64,000 nt of DNA from Bryobacterales bacterium (GTDB lineage: Bacteria > Acidobacteriota > Terriglobia > Bryobacterales > UBA6623), in assembly GCA_963422375.2 (NCBI GenBank), contig OY729427.2:1568001-1632000 (forward strand), read 5' to 3'. The notes beneath the pieces are model-generated. The model did no database searches. It was not told the origin of the DNA and saw only the letters and a list, made by a program, of their open reading frames with translations. The position numbers and the translations under genes were made by a program. The stretch's first letter is position 1, and the number at the start of each line of letters is the position of its first letter. Shown one piece after another: positions 1 through 15,495 of the stretch.

Positions 1-743
1 GCGAGAGCGCGCAGCGTGTCGGCCATGCGGGCCTGCCGCTCGGTCTTGAGCAGCTCGCTACGCGACACCACGGCGTTGGAGCGGCGCCGCTCGCACTCCA
101 CGACGATGACATCCACTGTCTTGCCGACCCAGGCGTCGAGATCGCGCACCGGTCGCAGGTCGACTTGCGAGGCCGGCAGGAAGGCCTCGACGCCGATGTC
201 GACTCGCAGTCCGCCCTTGACGCGGCGCACGACGCGAGCCGCGACGGCCACGCGTCCCGCGTGCGCCGCTTCGAGGCGGGCCCACTCGGACGCCTCCCGG
301 ATCCTGCGATACGACAGCGCCGCGTACGAGCCCGCCGCTCCCATGCGCTCGACGAAGACCTCGACGTCCTGGCCCACGCGGGCCGTGATCTCCCCGCTGG
401 TGTCGCGAAACTCGTCGAGTGGGACGTACCCCTCCACCTTGGCGCCGAACGAGATGATCACGCCGGCCTCTCCGACGGCGACCACGGTCCCCTTGCAGCG
501 GCTGCCGGGGCGGATGCGCGCTTCCGGGGACACATCGGCCTTGACCGGCGCCGACAGATCTACGGGATCGGCCGGATCCTCGCCGAAATCCTCGCCGGGC
601 GGCCCGGCCTCGGGCACGCCCGGCACGGGAATGCCGGGGACGCGCGAGCCGCCCGCGTCCGCCGGGGCGGCCGGGGCGGCCGGGGCAGGAGCGTCCGCAA
701 GCACCGGCACCGCCGGAAGAGAGTCGTTTCCGTTCCGCTCCAT
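1..743 (-). CDS. rpsA: 30S ribosomal protein S1, 5' part; runs off the window edge
   Basis: Own translation from ATG at 743: Pro/Ala-rich leader, then S1 repeats GTVVAVGEAGVIISFGAKVEGYVPLDEF and VKGGLRVDIGVEAFLPASQVDLRPVRDLD...NAVVSR. Confidence 0.92.
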   Translation of the reverse strand, partial: MERNGNDSLPAVPVLADAPAPAAPAAPADAGGSRVPGIPVPGVPEAGPPGEDFGEDPADPVDLSAPVKADVSPEARIRPGSRCKGTVVAVGEAGVIISFGAKVEGYVPLDEFRDTSGEITARVGQDVEVFVERMGAAGSYAALSYRRIREASEWARLEAAHAGRVAVAARVVRRVKGGLRVDIGVEAFLPASQVDLRPVRDLDAWVGKTVDVIVVECERRRSNAVVSRSELLKTERQARMADTLRAL

Positions 744-954
744 CGCTCGCTACTGCCTGCAATTCGCGGGCGCCCCGGCGAACCCACGCCCCGCCGGAGC
801 CACACCGCCCGGCCAAGGCCGCGCTCCCCACGGCCCGATGCCCGGAGCACCAAGCCTGCTAACTATATCCGAAAGCGAGCCCGCTGTCAACGGGCCGCAG
901 CCGTGGCGCGAACCGGGTATGCTAGGCATTCGCCCCCGAGGGAGGAGACGTCGC

Positions 955-1221
955 GTGCCGATCAGCCAAGAGCTGCTGGAAATCCTATGCTGCCCTACTT
1001 CGCGGACGCCCTTGCGAATGCTGGGAGCGGAGCGCGTGGGGAGGCTCAACCGCGCCGTCGAGGCCGGCGCGCTGCGCTACGCCGACGGGTCGCCGGTCGA
1101 GCAGCCGCTCGAGGAGGCCTTGATGACGACGGACGGCGCGACGGTCTACCGGATCGACGCCAGCATCCCCGTGATGCTGGCGGACCGGGCGATCCCCGCC
1201 GCCCAGGTCGAGGGCTGGTAG
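955..1221 (+). CDS. Trm112/YcaR-family protein
   Basis: GGAGG RBS before GTG at 955; ISQELLEILCCPTSRTPL...YRIDASIPVML. Confidence 0.85.
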   Translation: MPISQELLEILCCPTSRTPLRMLGAERVGRLNRAVEAGALRYADGSPVEQPLEEALMTTDGATVYRIDASIPVMLADRAIPAAQVEGW

Positions 1222-1270
1222 GGAGCGGCGCGACGGCCGACTTCCGCCGACGCGACGCGCCGCGTGCAAA

Positions 1271-1387
1271 TCGGGCAGCGTCCTACTCTCCCACGCCGTC
1301 GCCAGCGCAGTACCATCGGGGCTGAGGAGCTTAACTGCCGTGTTCGGGATGAGAACGGGTGTGGCCTCCTCGCTATGACCACCCGAA
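1271..1387 (-). rRNA. rrf: 5S rRNA
   Basis: Conserved CCCGAACAC..GTTAAGC..CCGATGGTACTG..GGGAGAGTAGG on the minus strand. Confidence 0.96.
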
Positions 1388-1527
1388 AAGGGTCCCGGGC
1401 CGCGCAACGGCCCGGGCTGCGCTCCCCCGCGGGGGAGCGCCTAGCCGAATTCCGAAGGTCTGGCAACCGCCGTGCCCGAACCGGGGCGCGCCCCCCTCCG
1501 GGGAGCTTCGCTCCGGGCAAGCTTTAC

Positions 1528-4442
<2,915 letters not shown>

Positions 4443-4665
4443 GTAAAACTTGCCCGGAACCAAGCCCCGTCCCGCTCGCGCGGGTCGGAGGGGTCACCGG
4501 GCGGCGCTACTCGGACAGCGCCCGCGACGCGCTACGCGCGCCGGGCGCTTCCGGCGATTACCTATGACCTTCGTTATTCGGCTTTCAAGGAACGGGATTC
4601 CGCTACGCGGGATCCCTCGCCGGGCCGCGGGGCTCGAAGACCCGCGGCCCGGCCAAGGACCGGCG

Positions 4666-4742
4666 TGGTGGGCGTGGCTGGATTTGAACCAGCGACCTCA
4701 TCCTTATCAGGGATGCGCTCTAACCAACTGAGCTACACGCCC
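4666..4742 (-). tRNA. tRNA-Ile(GAT)
   Basis: GGGCGTGTAGCTCAGTTGGTTAGAGCGCATCCCTGATAAGG...GGTTCAAATCC...CCA. Confidence 0.97.
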
Positions 4743-4766
4743 GAGCGAGGCCGCCCCCGGTCGGGG

Positions 4767-4842
4767 TGGTGGAGCTGATCGGAGTCGAACCGACGACCTC
4801 CTGATTGCAAATCAGGCGCTCTCCCAGCTGAGCTACAGCCCC
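4767..4842 (-). tRNA. tRNA-Ala(TGC)
   Basis: GGGGCTGTAGCTCAGCTGGGAGAGCGCCTGATTTGCAATCAGG...GGTTCGACTCC...CCA. Confidence 0.97.
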
Positions 4843-5007
4843 GGACGCGAGATCGCAGCCCGAGCTGAGGCCGGTTGGACGCGGGCGGCCGGCTACGCCG
4901 GTCGCCGTCAAGCACGGATCTCTGCCTCCGAGCGAGAGAATGCCGGATGGCTGGAGCCGCCGGCTGCCGATGCCCCGGAGGGCCGACCGGCCGGAAGCCC
5001 GGTCTCT

Positions 5008-6501
<1,494 letters not shown>

Positions 6502-6613
6502 GTAAAAGCTATTCACCCAATGCGCCACGAAGGCGCACGGGCGATGCCTCAGAGTTCGCCGATCCGGCTGTCACTCGGAATCAGACGAAACGTACTGCAC
6601 GTCCAACCGATCT

Positions 6614-6830
6614 GTCAAAGATCAGCGCCGACGCGGATCGCTTCGCAGGTACGCCTTGCGACGCCTGCAATCCCCGCGACGGGCCAGCCTCACGCCGGGG
6701 CGGAACGCCCCGGCAACGACCTAGGACGCACGAAGCACCCCAAACCGCCGCTCTTTTAGTATCCTAGCACGGCGCGGCGGGGCGCGCAAGGGGTAGGGGC
6801 GTTTTTTTTCGTGTTCGGCGAGATTTTTTT
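6614..6830 (-). promoter_or_regulatory. rrn sigma70 promoter with UP element and boxA
   Basis: -35 TTGCGC (6784-6789), 17-nt spacer, -10 TAGGAT (6761-6766), upstream A-tracts; boxA-like TGATCTTTGACA at about 6614-6625; second boxA-like GTTCCTTGAAA at about 4584-4594. Confidence 0.65.
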
Positions 6831-6864
6831 CCGCGGGCGGCCGAGCGCTGCTACACTCGCCAGC

Positions 6865-7695
6865 GTGACGCGACCTGTCCTGCTCGCCGCAGCCGCCCTC
6901 GCCAGCGTCCCGGCCGCCTCGGCGCAGCTGCTGGCCGCCAGGGAGAGCGCCTTCGCGGCGGGCCACCACCATCTGAACGTGAGCGACCTCGACCAGCACA
7001 AGCGCTTCTGGGGCGAGCTGCTGGGCGGCGAGACGGCCAGGTTCGGCCAGACCGACGTAGTCAAGATCCCCAACATGCTGCTGTTCCTGCGAGAGCGGGA
7101 GCCCACCGGCGCGAGCGACGGCAGCAGCGTCAACCATCTGGGCTTCCGCGTGCCGGACCTGCGGGGGGTGATCCGGCGGGTGCAGGCGGCCGGCCTGGAG
7201 ATCGTCACGACGCAGGTCGTCGCCGGCGCCGTGAGCGACATCCACTATAACGCCGACCAGAACGTCCACATGGCCTTCGTCAAGAGCCCCGACGGCCTGC
7301 GCGTGGAGCTGATGGAAGACCGGTCGCTCGAGGGCATCGTGGCCCACCACATCCACGTGTTCACGGCGGACGACGCCGCCACGCGGGACTGGTACGTGAG
7401 GCACTTCGGCGGCCAGCCGGGCATGCGCGGGCGCTTCAGGAAGATGGACGTGCCGGGCATAGAGGTGACGTTCGCCGCCGCTCCCGACGGGACGGCGCCG
7501 ACCAAGGGGCGGGTCCTCGATCACATCGGCTTCGAGGTCGACAACCTAGAAGCGTTCTGCGAGGAGCTCGAGAGCAAGGGGGTGAAGTTCGACGTGCCGT
7601 TCCGCGAGATTCCGGCGATGGGCCTGTCGGTGGCGTTCCTGACCGATCCCTGGGGAACCTACATCGAGCTGACCGAGGGCCTGGACGAGTTCTAG
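6865..7695 (+). CDS. Secreted double-domain VOC/glyoxalase-family protein
   Basis: Signal peptide ending [48 protein letters not shown]; start inferred at GTG 6865. Confidence 0.85.
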   Translation: MTRPVLLAAAALASVPAASAQLLAARESAFAAGHHHLNVSDLDQHKRFWGELLGGETARFGQTDVVKIPNMLLFLREREPTGASDGSSVNHLGFRVPDLRGVIRRVQAAGLEIVTTQVVAGAVSDIHYNADQNVHMAFVKSPDGLRVELMEDRSLEGIVAHHIHVFTADDAATRDWYVRHFGGQPGMRGRFRKMDVPGIEVTFAAAPDGTAPTKGRVLDHIGFEVDNLEAFCEELESKGVKFDVPFREIPAMGLSVAFLTDPWGTYIELTEGLDEF

Positions 7696-7916
7696 CGGAT
7701 TCGCAGCGGAGCGACGATCGCGGGCTGCGGACCGGGGCGCCCTGCGGATCTCGGGCGGGCATGGCGACCGCCCGCGAGGCGAACAGTCGATCACCGCGCA
7801 GTCCCGAGTCGCGTCCCCGCGCTCGACCGAGACAGGCGATCCGTCCCCGCCCGTGCCGCGAGGGGCGGGTGCTACGATATGGTTCTTCCCTGAATTCCTC
7901 AAAGGAGAGCTACACG

Positions 7917-8513
7917 ATGGCCTTTTCGGTTCCCGACCTTCCCTACGACTTCGGAGCGCTGGAGCCCCATATCGACGCCCGCACGATGCAGATCCATCAC
8001 GGCAAGCACCATGCCGCCTACGTGGCCAAGCTGAACGCCGCCGTGGCCGGGACCGCCCAAGCGGACCTCGACATCAACGACTTGGTGTCGGACGCGGCGG
8101 CCGTGGCCAACGCGGCCGTGCGCAACAACGGCGGCGGCCACGCGAACCACTCGCTGTTCTGGACGGTCATGAGCCCGGAAGGGGGCGGTCGGCCCGAGGG
8201 CGCGCTGGCGGACGCCATCGGGGAGGCCTTCGGCGGGTTCGACGGCTTCCAATCGCAGTTCTCGGCAGCCGCGGCGAACCGCTTCGGCAGCGGCTGGGCC
8301 TGGCTGAGCGTGGACGGTGGCCAGCTGGTCGTCGAGTCGTCGCCGAATCAGGACTCCCCGCTCATGGAAGGGCGCGTGCCGATTCTCGGCCTCGACGTCT
8401 GGGAGCACGCATACTACCTGAATTACCAGAACCGCAGGCCCGACTACATCGCGGCGTTCTACAACGTCATCGATTGGAACGCGGTGGCCGGGCGGTACGC
8501 GGCGGCCGTTTAG
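7917..8513 (+). CDS. sodA: Superoxide dismutase, Mn-type signature
   Basis: [32 protein letters not shown]. Confidence 0.95.
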   Translation: MAFSVPDLPYDFGALEPHIDARTMQIHHGKHHAAYVAKLNAAVAGTAQADLDINDLVSDAAAVANAAVRNNGGGHANHSLFWTVMSPEGGGRPEGALADAIGEAFGGFDGFQSQFSAAAANRFGSGWAWLSVDGGQLVVESSPNQDSPLMEGRVPILGLDVWEHAYYLNYQNRRPDYIAAFYNVIDWNAVAGRYAAAV

Positions 8514-9694
8514 GCCCCGGATCGAGCGCCTTCCGCCCGGGCCGGCGCGAACCGGTCCGGACGGAAGGAGACCGCAGGCTGCCACCGGCGGCCCTCGAGC
8601 ATCTCGTCGGCGAGCAGTTCCCCGCTGAGAGGAGCGAGTAGGATCCCCTTGCGGAAATGCCCGGCGGAAACGAACACCCGGACCTGCCCCGGCACGGGCC
8701 CGACGACCGGTTGCATGTCCTCGCAGAACGGGCGGAACCCGGTCCATCGCGCGCCGAAGGATACCGCGCGCAGCGCCGGGAACAGGTCGCGGAATTCGGT
8801 CCGGATCCGATCCGCGACCGCAAGGTCGGGCCGCTCGCTGAACCCGACGTCCTCTTCGGACCCGCCACCCGCGAGGGGACCGCAGGCTAGCTGCCAGTAA
8901 TAGAAGTCCGGGCCGACCACCACGGAGCGGATTGTGCCGGGCGGCCGCGAGCCGGTGGCAAGGAGCGTGCCGCGGATCGGGCGGATTGGCGGCTCCCAGC
9001 CCAGCAAGCGGGTGAGCAGCGGCGTCCAGGCACCCGCCGCCACGACGACGGCGCCGGAACCGATGCGCCCGTGCTTCGTGCGCACGCCTGCGCCGGAAGG
9101 CTCGATGTGGCGAACCGCCTGGCCCAGGCAAATCGCTACGCCGTGACGACGCAGCCACGCTGCCAGCGCAGCGGCAAGCTTCAGCGGATGGATGGATCCA
9201 TCTTGGGGGAACCATACGGCGCGCGAGCCGCGCCGGAGGCGCGGCTCGCAGCGCTCAACTTCCGGTCCCGCGAGCAGTTCGGCGTCGAAACCCGCCTGCC
9301 TCACGCGGTCCACGCGGGCGCGCTCCCGCGGGACGGCACCCTCGTCCACGAGCTTCAGCAACCCGCCCGGCACGTGGTCGCAGGGGAACTCGGCCCGCAG
9401 CCGGGCATGCAGGTCGGCCGCCTTCCGCGCCACGAGCGGGGTCGCGAAGGTGAGGCACTCGTGGCCGGGCCACAGTCCGCCCGCGCTCGCGCCAGTCGCG
9501 CCCCCGCCGATCGACACCCGGTCGAGGAGCGCGATCCCGCGGGTTCCGCGGCTCACCAAGGAGCAGGCGGTGCAGAGGCCCACGAGCCCGGCGCCAACAA
9601 CCACCACGTCGGCGGTCGCCGGCAGCGGGTCCGACGCCAGGAGCGTCGCGCGGGATGCCGCCGGGAGCGTCCGGGACCAGATGGTATCCCGCAC
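8510..9694 (-). CDS. FAD-dependent oxidoreductase, DAO/glycine oxidase family
   Basis: [13 protein letters not shown] motif, [27 protein letters not shown]. Confidence 0.85.
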   Translation of the reverse strand: MRDTIWSRTLPAASRATLLASDPLPATADVVVVGAGLVGLCTACSLVSRGTRGIALLDRVSIGGGATGASAGGLWPGHECLTFATPLVARKAADLHARLRAEFPCDHVPGGLLKLVDEGAVPRERARVDRVRQAGFDAELLAGPEVERCEPRLRRGSRAVWFPQDGSIHPLKLAAALAAWLRRHGVAICLGQAVRHIEPSGAGVRTKHGRIGSGAVVVAAGAWTPLLTRLLGWEPPIRPIRGTLLATGSRPPGTIRSVVVGPDFYYWQLACGPLAGGGSEEDVGFSERPDLAVADRIRTEFRDLFPALRAVSFGARWTGFRPFCEDMQPVVGPVPGQVRVFVSAGHFRKGILLAPLSGELLADEMLEGRRWQPAVSFRPDRFAPARAEGARSGA

Positions 9695-9741
9695 ACGGCT
9701 ATCGTATCAGCCGCCAGACCAGCCCCTGGCGGGCCCGCTCG

Positions 9742-12366
9742 TCACCCGGACTGCGGCTCGAGCCGCATGGCCTCCCCGTCGCGGTCGACCTGCACTGCGT
9801 CGCCGTCGGCGATGCGGCCTTCGAGCAAGGCGAGGGCCAAGGGGTCCTGAATCAGCCGCTGGATCGCGCGCTTCATCGGCCGCGCGCCGTAATGGCGGTC
9901 GTAGCCCTGGGCCACGATCAGGTCCTTGGCCTCCGCGGTCACCTGCAAGCGGATGCGCCGGTCCGCCAGGAGCGCCCCGACGCGGGCGAGCTGCAGGTCG
10001 ACGATCTGGTAGAGATGCTCCCTGCGGAGGTTGTCGAAGACGACGATGTCGTCGATCCGGTTGAGGAATTCGGGGCGGAACGTCCGGCCGAGCTCGTTCA
10101 TCAGGGCCGTGCGGTTGCCCGATTCGCGCGAGGGGCCGGGCTCGCTGAGGGCGTACCCGATCGCGCCGTTGCGCAGAATCTCCTGTGAGCCGACGTTCGA
10201 GGTCATCACGATGACCGCGTTGGCGAAGCTCACGGTCCGCCCCTTCCCGTCGGTCAGGCGGCCGTCTTCCAGCACCTGCAGCAGGACGTTGAAGACGTCG
10301 GGGTGGGCCTTCTCGATCTCGTCTAGGAGCACGACAGAATAGGGCGACCGTCGGACGTGCTCGGTGAGCTGGCCGCCCTCGTCGTGGCCAACGTACCCCG
10401 GGGGAGCACCGATCATGCGGGAGACGGAGTGCTTCTCCATGTACTCAGACATGTCGACGCGGGCCATCGCCTGGGGGGAGTCGAACAGGAACTCGGCGAG
10501 TGCGCGCGCCAGCTCCGTCTTCCCTACTCCCGTCGGGCCTAGGAACACGAAGGACCCGATGGGCCGGTCGGGATCGCCGAGGCCCGCACGGCTGCGACGG
10601 ACCGCGTTCGCGACCGAGCGAATGGCGTGGTCCTGACCGATTACCTTCCGCATCAGAGCCTCGTCCATGTGAACGAGCTTCTCGACCTCGCCCTGCAGCA
10701 TCTTGGCGACCGGGATCCCGGTCCACTTGGCGACGATTCTCGCGACATCCTCCTCGACGACCTCCCCGCGCGCCAGCGGGCTGTCGCCGCGCCGCTCCTC
10801 GAGCCGCCGGGTAGACGCGGCGAGGTCTTGCTCTACCTGGGCGATGCGGCCGTAGCGAATCTCGGAGGCGGCGGCCAGATCCCCCGAGCGCTGGGCCTGC
10901 TCCTGGGCGTTGCGCAGGCGCTCGATCTCCTCCTTGAGACGCTTGACGTCGTCGATCAGGCGCTTCTCGGCCTGCCACTGGTCGCGGAGCCTCGAGGAAT
11001 TCCCGCGCAGATCCTCCAGTTCGCTCTCTATGGCTGCTAGGCGCTCCGGCGCTCCGGGCCCTCCGTCCTTCTGCAGGGCCCGACGCTCGATCTCGAGCTG
11101 CACCGCCTTGCGCTCCATCCTATCGACCTCGACCGGCACCGAGTCCACCTGCATCCGCAGGGTGGCGCCCGCCTCGTCGATCAGGTCGATGGCCTTGTCG
11201 GGCAGGAAGCGGTCACTGATGTAGCGGTCCGAGAGCGTGGCCGCCGCGACGAGCGCCGCGTCCCGGTAGCGGACCGAGTGGTGGATCTCGTAGGTCTCCT
11301 TCAGCCCTCGCAGGATCGCGATCGTGTCCTCGACGGAAGGCTGGTCCACGAGGAGCGTCTGGAAGCGCCGCTCCAGCGCGGCGTCCTTCTCGATGTACTT
11401 GCGGTACTCGGCCAGCGTGGTCGCGCCTACGCAGCGGAGCAGCCCGCGGGCGAGGGCGGGCTTGAGCATGTTGGCGGCATCGATCGAGCCCTCGCTCGCG
11501 CCCGCCCCGACCAGCGTGTGCAGTTCGTCGATAAAGCACACGATCTCGCCGTCGGAACTCTCGATTTCCTTGAGAACTGCCTTGAGGCGCTCCTCGAACT
11601 CCCCGCGGAACTTGGTGCCCGCGACCATCGACGGCAGGTCGATCGCGACGATGCGCTTGTTCTTCAGCGTCTCGGGCACATCGCCCTTCACGATCCGCTG
11701 AGCAAGGCCCTCGGCGATGGCGGTCTTGCCGACGCCCGGCTCCCCGATCAGGACGGGGTTGTTCTTGGTGCGGCGCGAGAGCACCTGAATGACGCGCCGG
11801 ATCTCCTCGTCGCGTCCGATGACCGGGTCGAGCTTGCCCTGCCGGGCCGTCGCGGTCAGGTCAGTCGCGTAGCGCTCGAGCGCCTGGTACTTGGATTCGG
11901 GTGTCTGGTCGGTCACGCGCTGGGCGCCGCGCACCGCGGCGAGTGCCTGGAGGATGGCCTCGCGGGTCGCGCCCAGATCCTTGAGCAGGAGACCGGCGGC
12001 GTCGCGCTTTAGAGAGCTGACGGCCAGCAGGAGGTGCTCGGTCGACACGTAGTCGTCCTTGAAGCTGGAGGCCTCCTTCTCTGCGACGGAGATGAGCTCC
12101 TGCACGGAGCGGTCGAGGCGGGTCGCCGGATCGGCGCCGCGAACGGCGGGAATGTCGCGGAGGAGGGAGCGCGCCCTTGCCGCGGCGTCCGGCTGCGGGA
12201 TTCCGAGCTTGGCGAGGACAGCCGGCACGATGCCCCGCTCCTCCTCGACGAGGGCCACCAGCAGGTGCGCGGGAAGGAGCGTCTGGTGCTCGGCCTCGGT
12301 GGCGAGCACCTGCATCTGCCGGAACGACTCCTGCGCCTTCTGGGTGAATCGGTCCATAGAAATCAT
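9742..12366 (-). CDS. clpB: ATP-dependent chaperone ClpB
   Basis: Two AAA modules ([16 protein letters not shown]) and a long coiled-coil middle domain; 874 aa. Confidence 0.97.
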   Translation of the reverse strand: MISMDRFTQKAQESFRQMQVLATEAEHQTLLPAHLLVALVEEERGIVPAVLAKLGIPQPDAAARARSLLRDIPAVRGADPATRLDRSVQELISVAEKEASSFKDDYVSTEHLLLAVSSLKRDAAGLLLKDLGATREAILQALAAVRGAQRVTDQTPESKYQALERYATDLTATARQGKLDPVIGRDEEIRRVIQVLSRRTKNNPVLIGEPGVGKTAIAEGLAQRIVKGDVPETLKNKRIVAIDLPSMVAGTKFRGEFEERLKAVLKEIESSDGEIVCFIDELHTLVGAGASEGSIDAANMLKPALARGLLRCVGATTLAEYRKYIEKDAALERRFQTLLVDQPSVEDTIAILRGLKETYEIHHSVRYRDAALVAAATLSDRYISDRFLPDKAIDLIDEAGATLRMQVDSVPVEVDRMERKAVQLEIERRALQKDGGPGAPERLAAIESELEDLRGNSSRLRDQWQAEKRLIDDVKRLKEEIERLRNAQEQAQRSGDLAAASEIRYGRIAQVEQDLAASTRRLEERRGDSPLARGEVVEEDVARIVAKWTGIPVAKMLQGEVEKLVHMDEALMRKVIGQDHAIRSVANAVRRSRAGLGDPDRPIGSFVFLGPTGVGKTELARALAEFLFDSPQAMARVDMSEYMEKHSVSRMIGAPPGYVGHDEGGQLTEHVRRSPYSVVLLDEIEKAHPDVFNVLLQVLEDGRLTDGKGRTVSFANAVIVMTSNVGSQEILRNGAIGYALSEPGPSRESGNRTALMNELGRTFRPEFLNRIDDIVVFDNLRREHLYQIVDLQLARVGALLADRRIRLQVTAEAKDLIVAQGYDRHYGARPMKRAIQRLIQDPLALALLEGRIADGDAVQVDRDGEAMRLEPQSG

Positions 12367-12472
12367 GGCTTGGCCCCTCCTTGTTCCCTCGGCTCGGGTC
12401 TACGGGCGCACGCGCTAGCGGCTCGGGCGGAGGCGGCCTAGGGCCGCCTCCGCGGGCGCCGACGAATCGACC

Positions 12473-12871
12473 TCAGTTGACAGCGATCCGGCGGTAGAGA
12501 TCCTCTGGCGGACGCTTCGGGACCGTGATCTCGAGGACCCCGGCCTCGTAGGCCGCCGCGACACCGTCGGCGTCCGCCGCCTCGGGCAAGCGGAAGCGAC
12601 GGAGGAACTTGCCGCTCGGGCGCTCGAAGCGACGGAATCGCGCTTCGGTCTCGGGTGCCTTGCGTTCGCCGAGAACGCTCAACACGCCGTCCTGGACGCG
12701 GACCTCGATGCTGTCCTTGGCCGAGCCGGGAATGTCTCCGCGCAGCAGATAGGCGGCGTCGGTCTCCTCGATGTCGAAGGAAGGCACCCAAGCCGGGCCG
12801 GACTCGCGCGCGACGGAGAGCGGGGCAGCGCCCGTCCAAGGGGCGAACGGAGTGCAGGCGATGATGTTCAT
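12473..12871 (-). CDS. Hsp20/alpha-crystallin small heat-shock protein
   Basis: WVPSFDIEET..ER..GKFLRRFRLP..AAYEAGVLEITVPK; AGGAG RBS before ATG 12871. Confidence 0.92.
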   Translation of the reverse strand: MNIIACTPFAPWTGAAPLSVARESGPAWVPSFDIEETDAAYLLRGDIPGSAKDSIEVRVQDGVLSVLGERKAPETEARFRRFERPSGKFLRRFRLPEAADADGVAAAYEAGVLEITVPKRPPEDLYRRIAVN

Positions 12872-12917
12872 GGTAGTTTCTCCTCTCTTGTTGGGTGGAA
12901 GCGTCGCTTCCACCTTC

Positions 12918-12984
12918 AGTTTACGCCCTCCAAGGAAGATGTCAAGCGCCATGATAAATAAATCTGAGTATATTCATATCAGAT
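12918..12984 (-). promoter_or_regulatory. hsp20-clpB promoter with HAIR-like (HspR) inverted repeat
   Basis: TTGACA-N16-TAAACT on the minus strand; palindrome ATCTGAGT..TCAGAT at 12962-12984 resembles CTTGAGT-N7-ACTCAAG. Confidence 0.6.
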
Positions 12985-13049
12985 AATCTTCTACGAACAC
13001 TTGCAAGAGTATCGTCGGCGATGCGACCTACGCGCTATAGTTCGACCCG

Positions 13050-13260
13050 TGGGTGGACTAGACTCACCAAGCCGACCCCGTCTCCGTAGCGTTCCGACCA
13101 GGGGCCGGACGGGAGGGCCCGCACGTGAGTGTGCGCCTAGCAGCTAGCGCAGAGGGCAGTCCGCCGCGCGGCGAATCATACTTCGCGGGCATCAAGCCCA
13201 CGGGCTTCAAGGTTCGCAGGCTTCAATTCACCTACGAGGTCGGTCCCTGCTCAGGGGGCC
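13050..13260 (+). pseudogene. Possible degenerate IS110 transposase N-terminal relic
   Basis: GLDS..VSVA and LQFTYEVGPC resemble IS110 GLDVHK..IAVA and LHFCYEAGPCG; needs a frameshift. Confidence 0.35.
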
Positions 13261-13868
13261 GCACGGATCAGACTGTCGTCGACCTACACCGCGGGGCCCA
13301 AGCGCTCGCAGCTCTTCCGGATCCCCTGATGGCTTTGCGCCGGGGCCTCCGGCCAATTCAACGAGACACCACGGCTCGCCGTCGTCCGCACTTAATTCGC
13401 CATGCGCGCAACCGGCAATTCGCGATCCAGAGAAGGGAACATTGTGCCGACGTCAGGGAATCGCAGGGGGCGGAAACGAGGTCGGCGCGGCCCAGCCGAG
13501 GCGAATGGTCTCGCGCGAGGGCGCTGCGGTCCGCCCGCCACGGCTGGGTTGGAGCCTGGGGCGGTTCGCGGGCCGCGATCGTCCGAGAGGGTCGAGTCGA
13601 AGCGAGCGGTGGTTCCAGCCCGAGACTACGTGCCCGGACATCTCGACCTCGCGCCTGCCTCCCGGTGCGCCAACGGGCACGGGCGACGAGCACCCAGGAA
13701 CGTCTGCTGCACGGGGCAGTCGAACGCACTCAATCGCCGTGCGTCCCCGACCGGCACCCGCGAATCTTCCATCGTCGGCAACGGCTCCAAGTCGATTCGA
13801 TGACGGTCCTCCAAAGGCTCCGCGCTAGGCCCGCCAGCCTCCCGCGAAGACCATCGCTCCCCGACAGA

Positions 13869-13906
13869 GGCTCAATGGCGTGTAGTGGGCTCAATGGCGT
13901 GTAGTG
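13869..13906. repeat. Perfect 19-bp tandem duplication GGCTCAATGGCGTGTAGTG x2
   Basis: Read directly at 13869-13887 and 13888-13906. Confidence 0.9.
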
Positions 13907-13929
13907 TCGTATCTCCTACGGGAATAGCT

Positions 13930-14185
13930 GCTACGCTCTGGCAGCGCATCGCGCAGGACAGCTCAGCTCTGGTTGATCGATATTATCGGCTGATGCTAGT
14001 GATCGGGCCAGAGCGGACCGGCCAGAGCTCTGCCCTGCGCCAGCTCGCTGCTGAGCACTGTTGGCCACTGGTCAATGTCAGCCTGTCGCTTTCGGAGCGC
14101 CTCCTGGACTTCACTTCGCGCCGCGGGCGATTGAGGTGTCGCAGTTGCTCGGCGATTCGGTCCCAGAGCGCAAGGACGAGGTGCT
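13930..14185 (+). pseudogene. brxF: BREX type 3 BrxF P-loop protein fragment
   Basis: YYRLMLVIGPERTGQSSALRQLA..PLVNVSLSLSERLL, with a decayed Walker A and a frameshift. Confidence 0.7.
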
Positions 14186-14249
14186 GACCTACGCCGTGCC
14201 GAGGCATCCCGAGCACCTGAGACGCCACCCACCCTGCGGTCGCGTCCGG

Positions 14250-14592
14250 GGCCGATAAAATCTCGGATCGCTTTCAAGTGCTGCGCTTCGAGATCCGAGC
14301 CACGAGGATGGCGCTGCGCGACGCCATCTGCCTCCACATCGAGAAGCGGCTCGAGGAACTCGGCATCCATTTCAAGTTCCCTTCGGCCAGCAAAGTCACT
14401 TATCATAAGGATTCCTTTCCCGCGATGATGGCGGCCGGGTTGGAGAAGGTCACCGTGACCAAAGCAAGTCTCCAAGCGGCGCTGTTTAAAGGCGGCATTC
14501 CCTGCACTGTCAAGGATCTGGACAGTCGATTTAATCAATACGTGGCAGAGCTAGCCAAGGACCTGAACAAGATGAGGGTGATTGTCGAATGA
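14250..14592 (+). pseudogene. BREX-3 ATPase (DUF6079/BrxC-like) remnant with a large internal deletion
   Basis: FQVLRFEIRATRMALRDAI..FKFP..KDSF..MMA fused directly to C-terminal GLEKVTVT..LFKGGIPCT..RFNQY..KMRVIVE. Confidence 0.65.
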
Positions 14593-15079
14593 ATCCCAAG
14601 GTGTATGTCGAGACCTCAGTCGTGGGCTACCGCACCTCTCGTCCGTCGTGCGATGTTGTAGCGTTGGGAAGCCAGATTGTCACCTGCGAGTGGTGGCGAG
14701 ATGCGGGGAAGCGGTTTGAGTTGGTTGCATCCCAACTCGTGATTGACGAGGCCAGAGATGGTGATCTCGATGCCGTCCTAGATCGCCTTTCTGTGATCAA
14801 TACATCGACAGTTATTGACGCTACTACAGAAGCAGACGACCTTGCACTGCAGCTCTTGAACGCGGAGAATTGCCTCGGAAGGCAGCGGACGATCCCGCAC
14901 ATATCGCATTGGCTACTACCAACGTTGCGGATTATTTTTTCACATGGAATCTTTGCCATATTGCGAACGCTGAGATGCGCCCTTCAATCGAACGGACGTG
15001 TAGCAAAGCGGGCCACTTAGGTCCGATTATCTGCACGTCCAGCCAACTCATGGAGACTCAGAATGGAGAGGACAATTGA
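14589..15079 (+). pseudogene. PIN-domain (VapC-like) toxin, frameshifted near 14870
   Basis: KVYVETSVV..SQLVIDEARDGD, continuing in another frame as KAADDPAHIALA..FTWNLCHIAN..PIICT. Confidence 0.8.
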
Positions 15080-15278
15080 TCCTATACTTGCCGAGATCAG
15101 GTCAATTCGTGACAGACACGCGGCCCGGTTCAGGTACGATGTGAAAGCGATCTTCGCAGATCTCTGCGCTCGGCAGGAAGCTTCAGATTGCACTCACGTA
15201 CGCTATCCGTCCCGACGAGTGACCAAATCGGCCCACGTCACTATGCCAGCGAGACCGTCACGAAAGGCATCCCAATGA
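15063..15278 (+). CDS. Small putative antitoxin partner of the PIN protein
   Basis: DPILAEIRSIRDRHAARFRYDVKAIFADL, typical of the small gene paired with this PIN family; overlapping start. Confidence 0.6.
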   Translation: MERTIDPILAEIRSIRDRHAARFRYDVKAIFADLCARQEASDCTHVRYPSRRVTKSAHVTMPARPSRKASQ

Positions 15279-15495
15279 GTGACTGAAGCCTGCCAACGCT
15301 CGACCTTCGCCAGCCAAGAAGGTTGGCGCGGTGGAGTGTCTAGTGCAGACTCTTGAGAGCGATGATGTGCGTCGGAAGTATTACCTACCACTCCTTGCCA
15401 AAGCTCAAGGATCCCGTCTTTCGGAAGACGCCTAGCTTCCCGAAGAGTACAGACGAGGTGATTCTCCGGTTATCCGATCCACCGTACTATGCCAT
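15275..15495 (+). pseudogene. BREX-3 DNA methylase (PglXI-like) N-terminal fragment
   Basis: Own translation VECLVQTLESDDVRRKYYL..KLKDPVFRKTPSFPKSTDEVILRLSDPPYY; internal stop and frameshifts; truncated. Confidence 0.7.

Noticed and set aside
16..954. Long plus-strand ORFs 16..1221 and 165..1325
   Set aside because: Antisense shadow of rpsA; only the last 88 codons (Trm112) look real.
13260..13868. ORF 13125..13904, including a GAVERTQ integrase-like scrap
   Set aside because: Arg/Ser-rich composition; a single short motif is not enough for a call.
13869..13906. Direct repeat as a mini-CRISPR
   Set aside because: Two 19-bp units with no spacer; no cas genes or arrays seen in the window.
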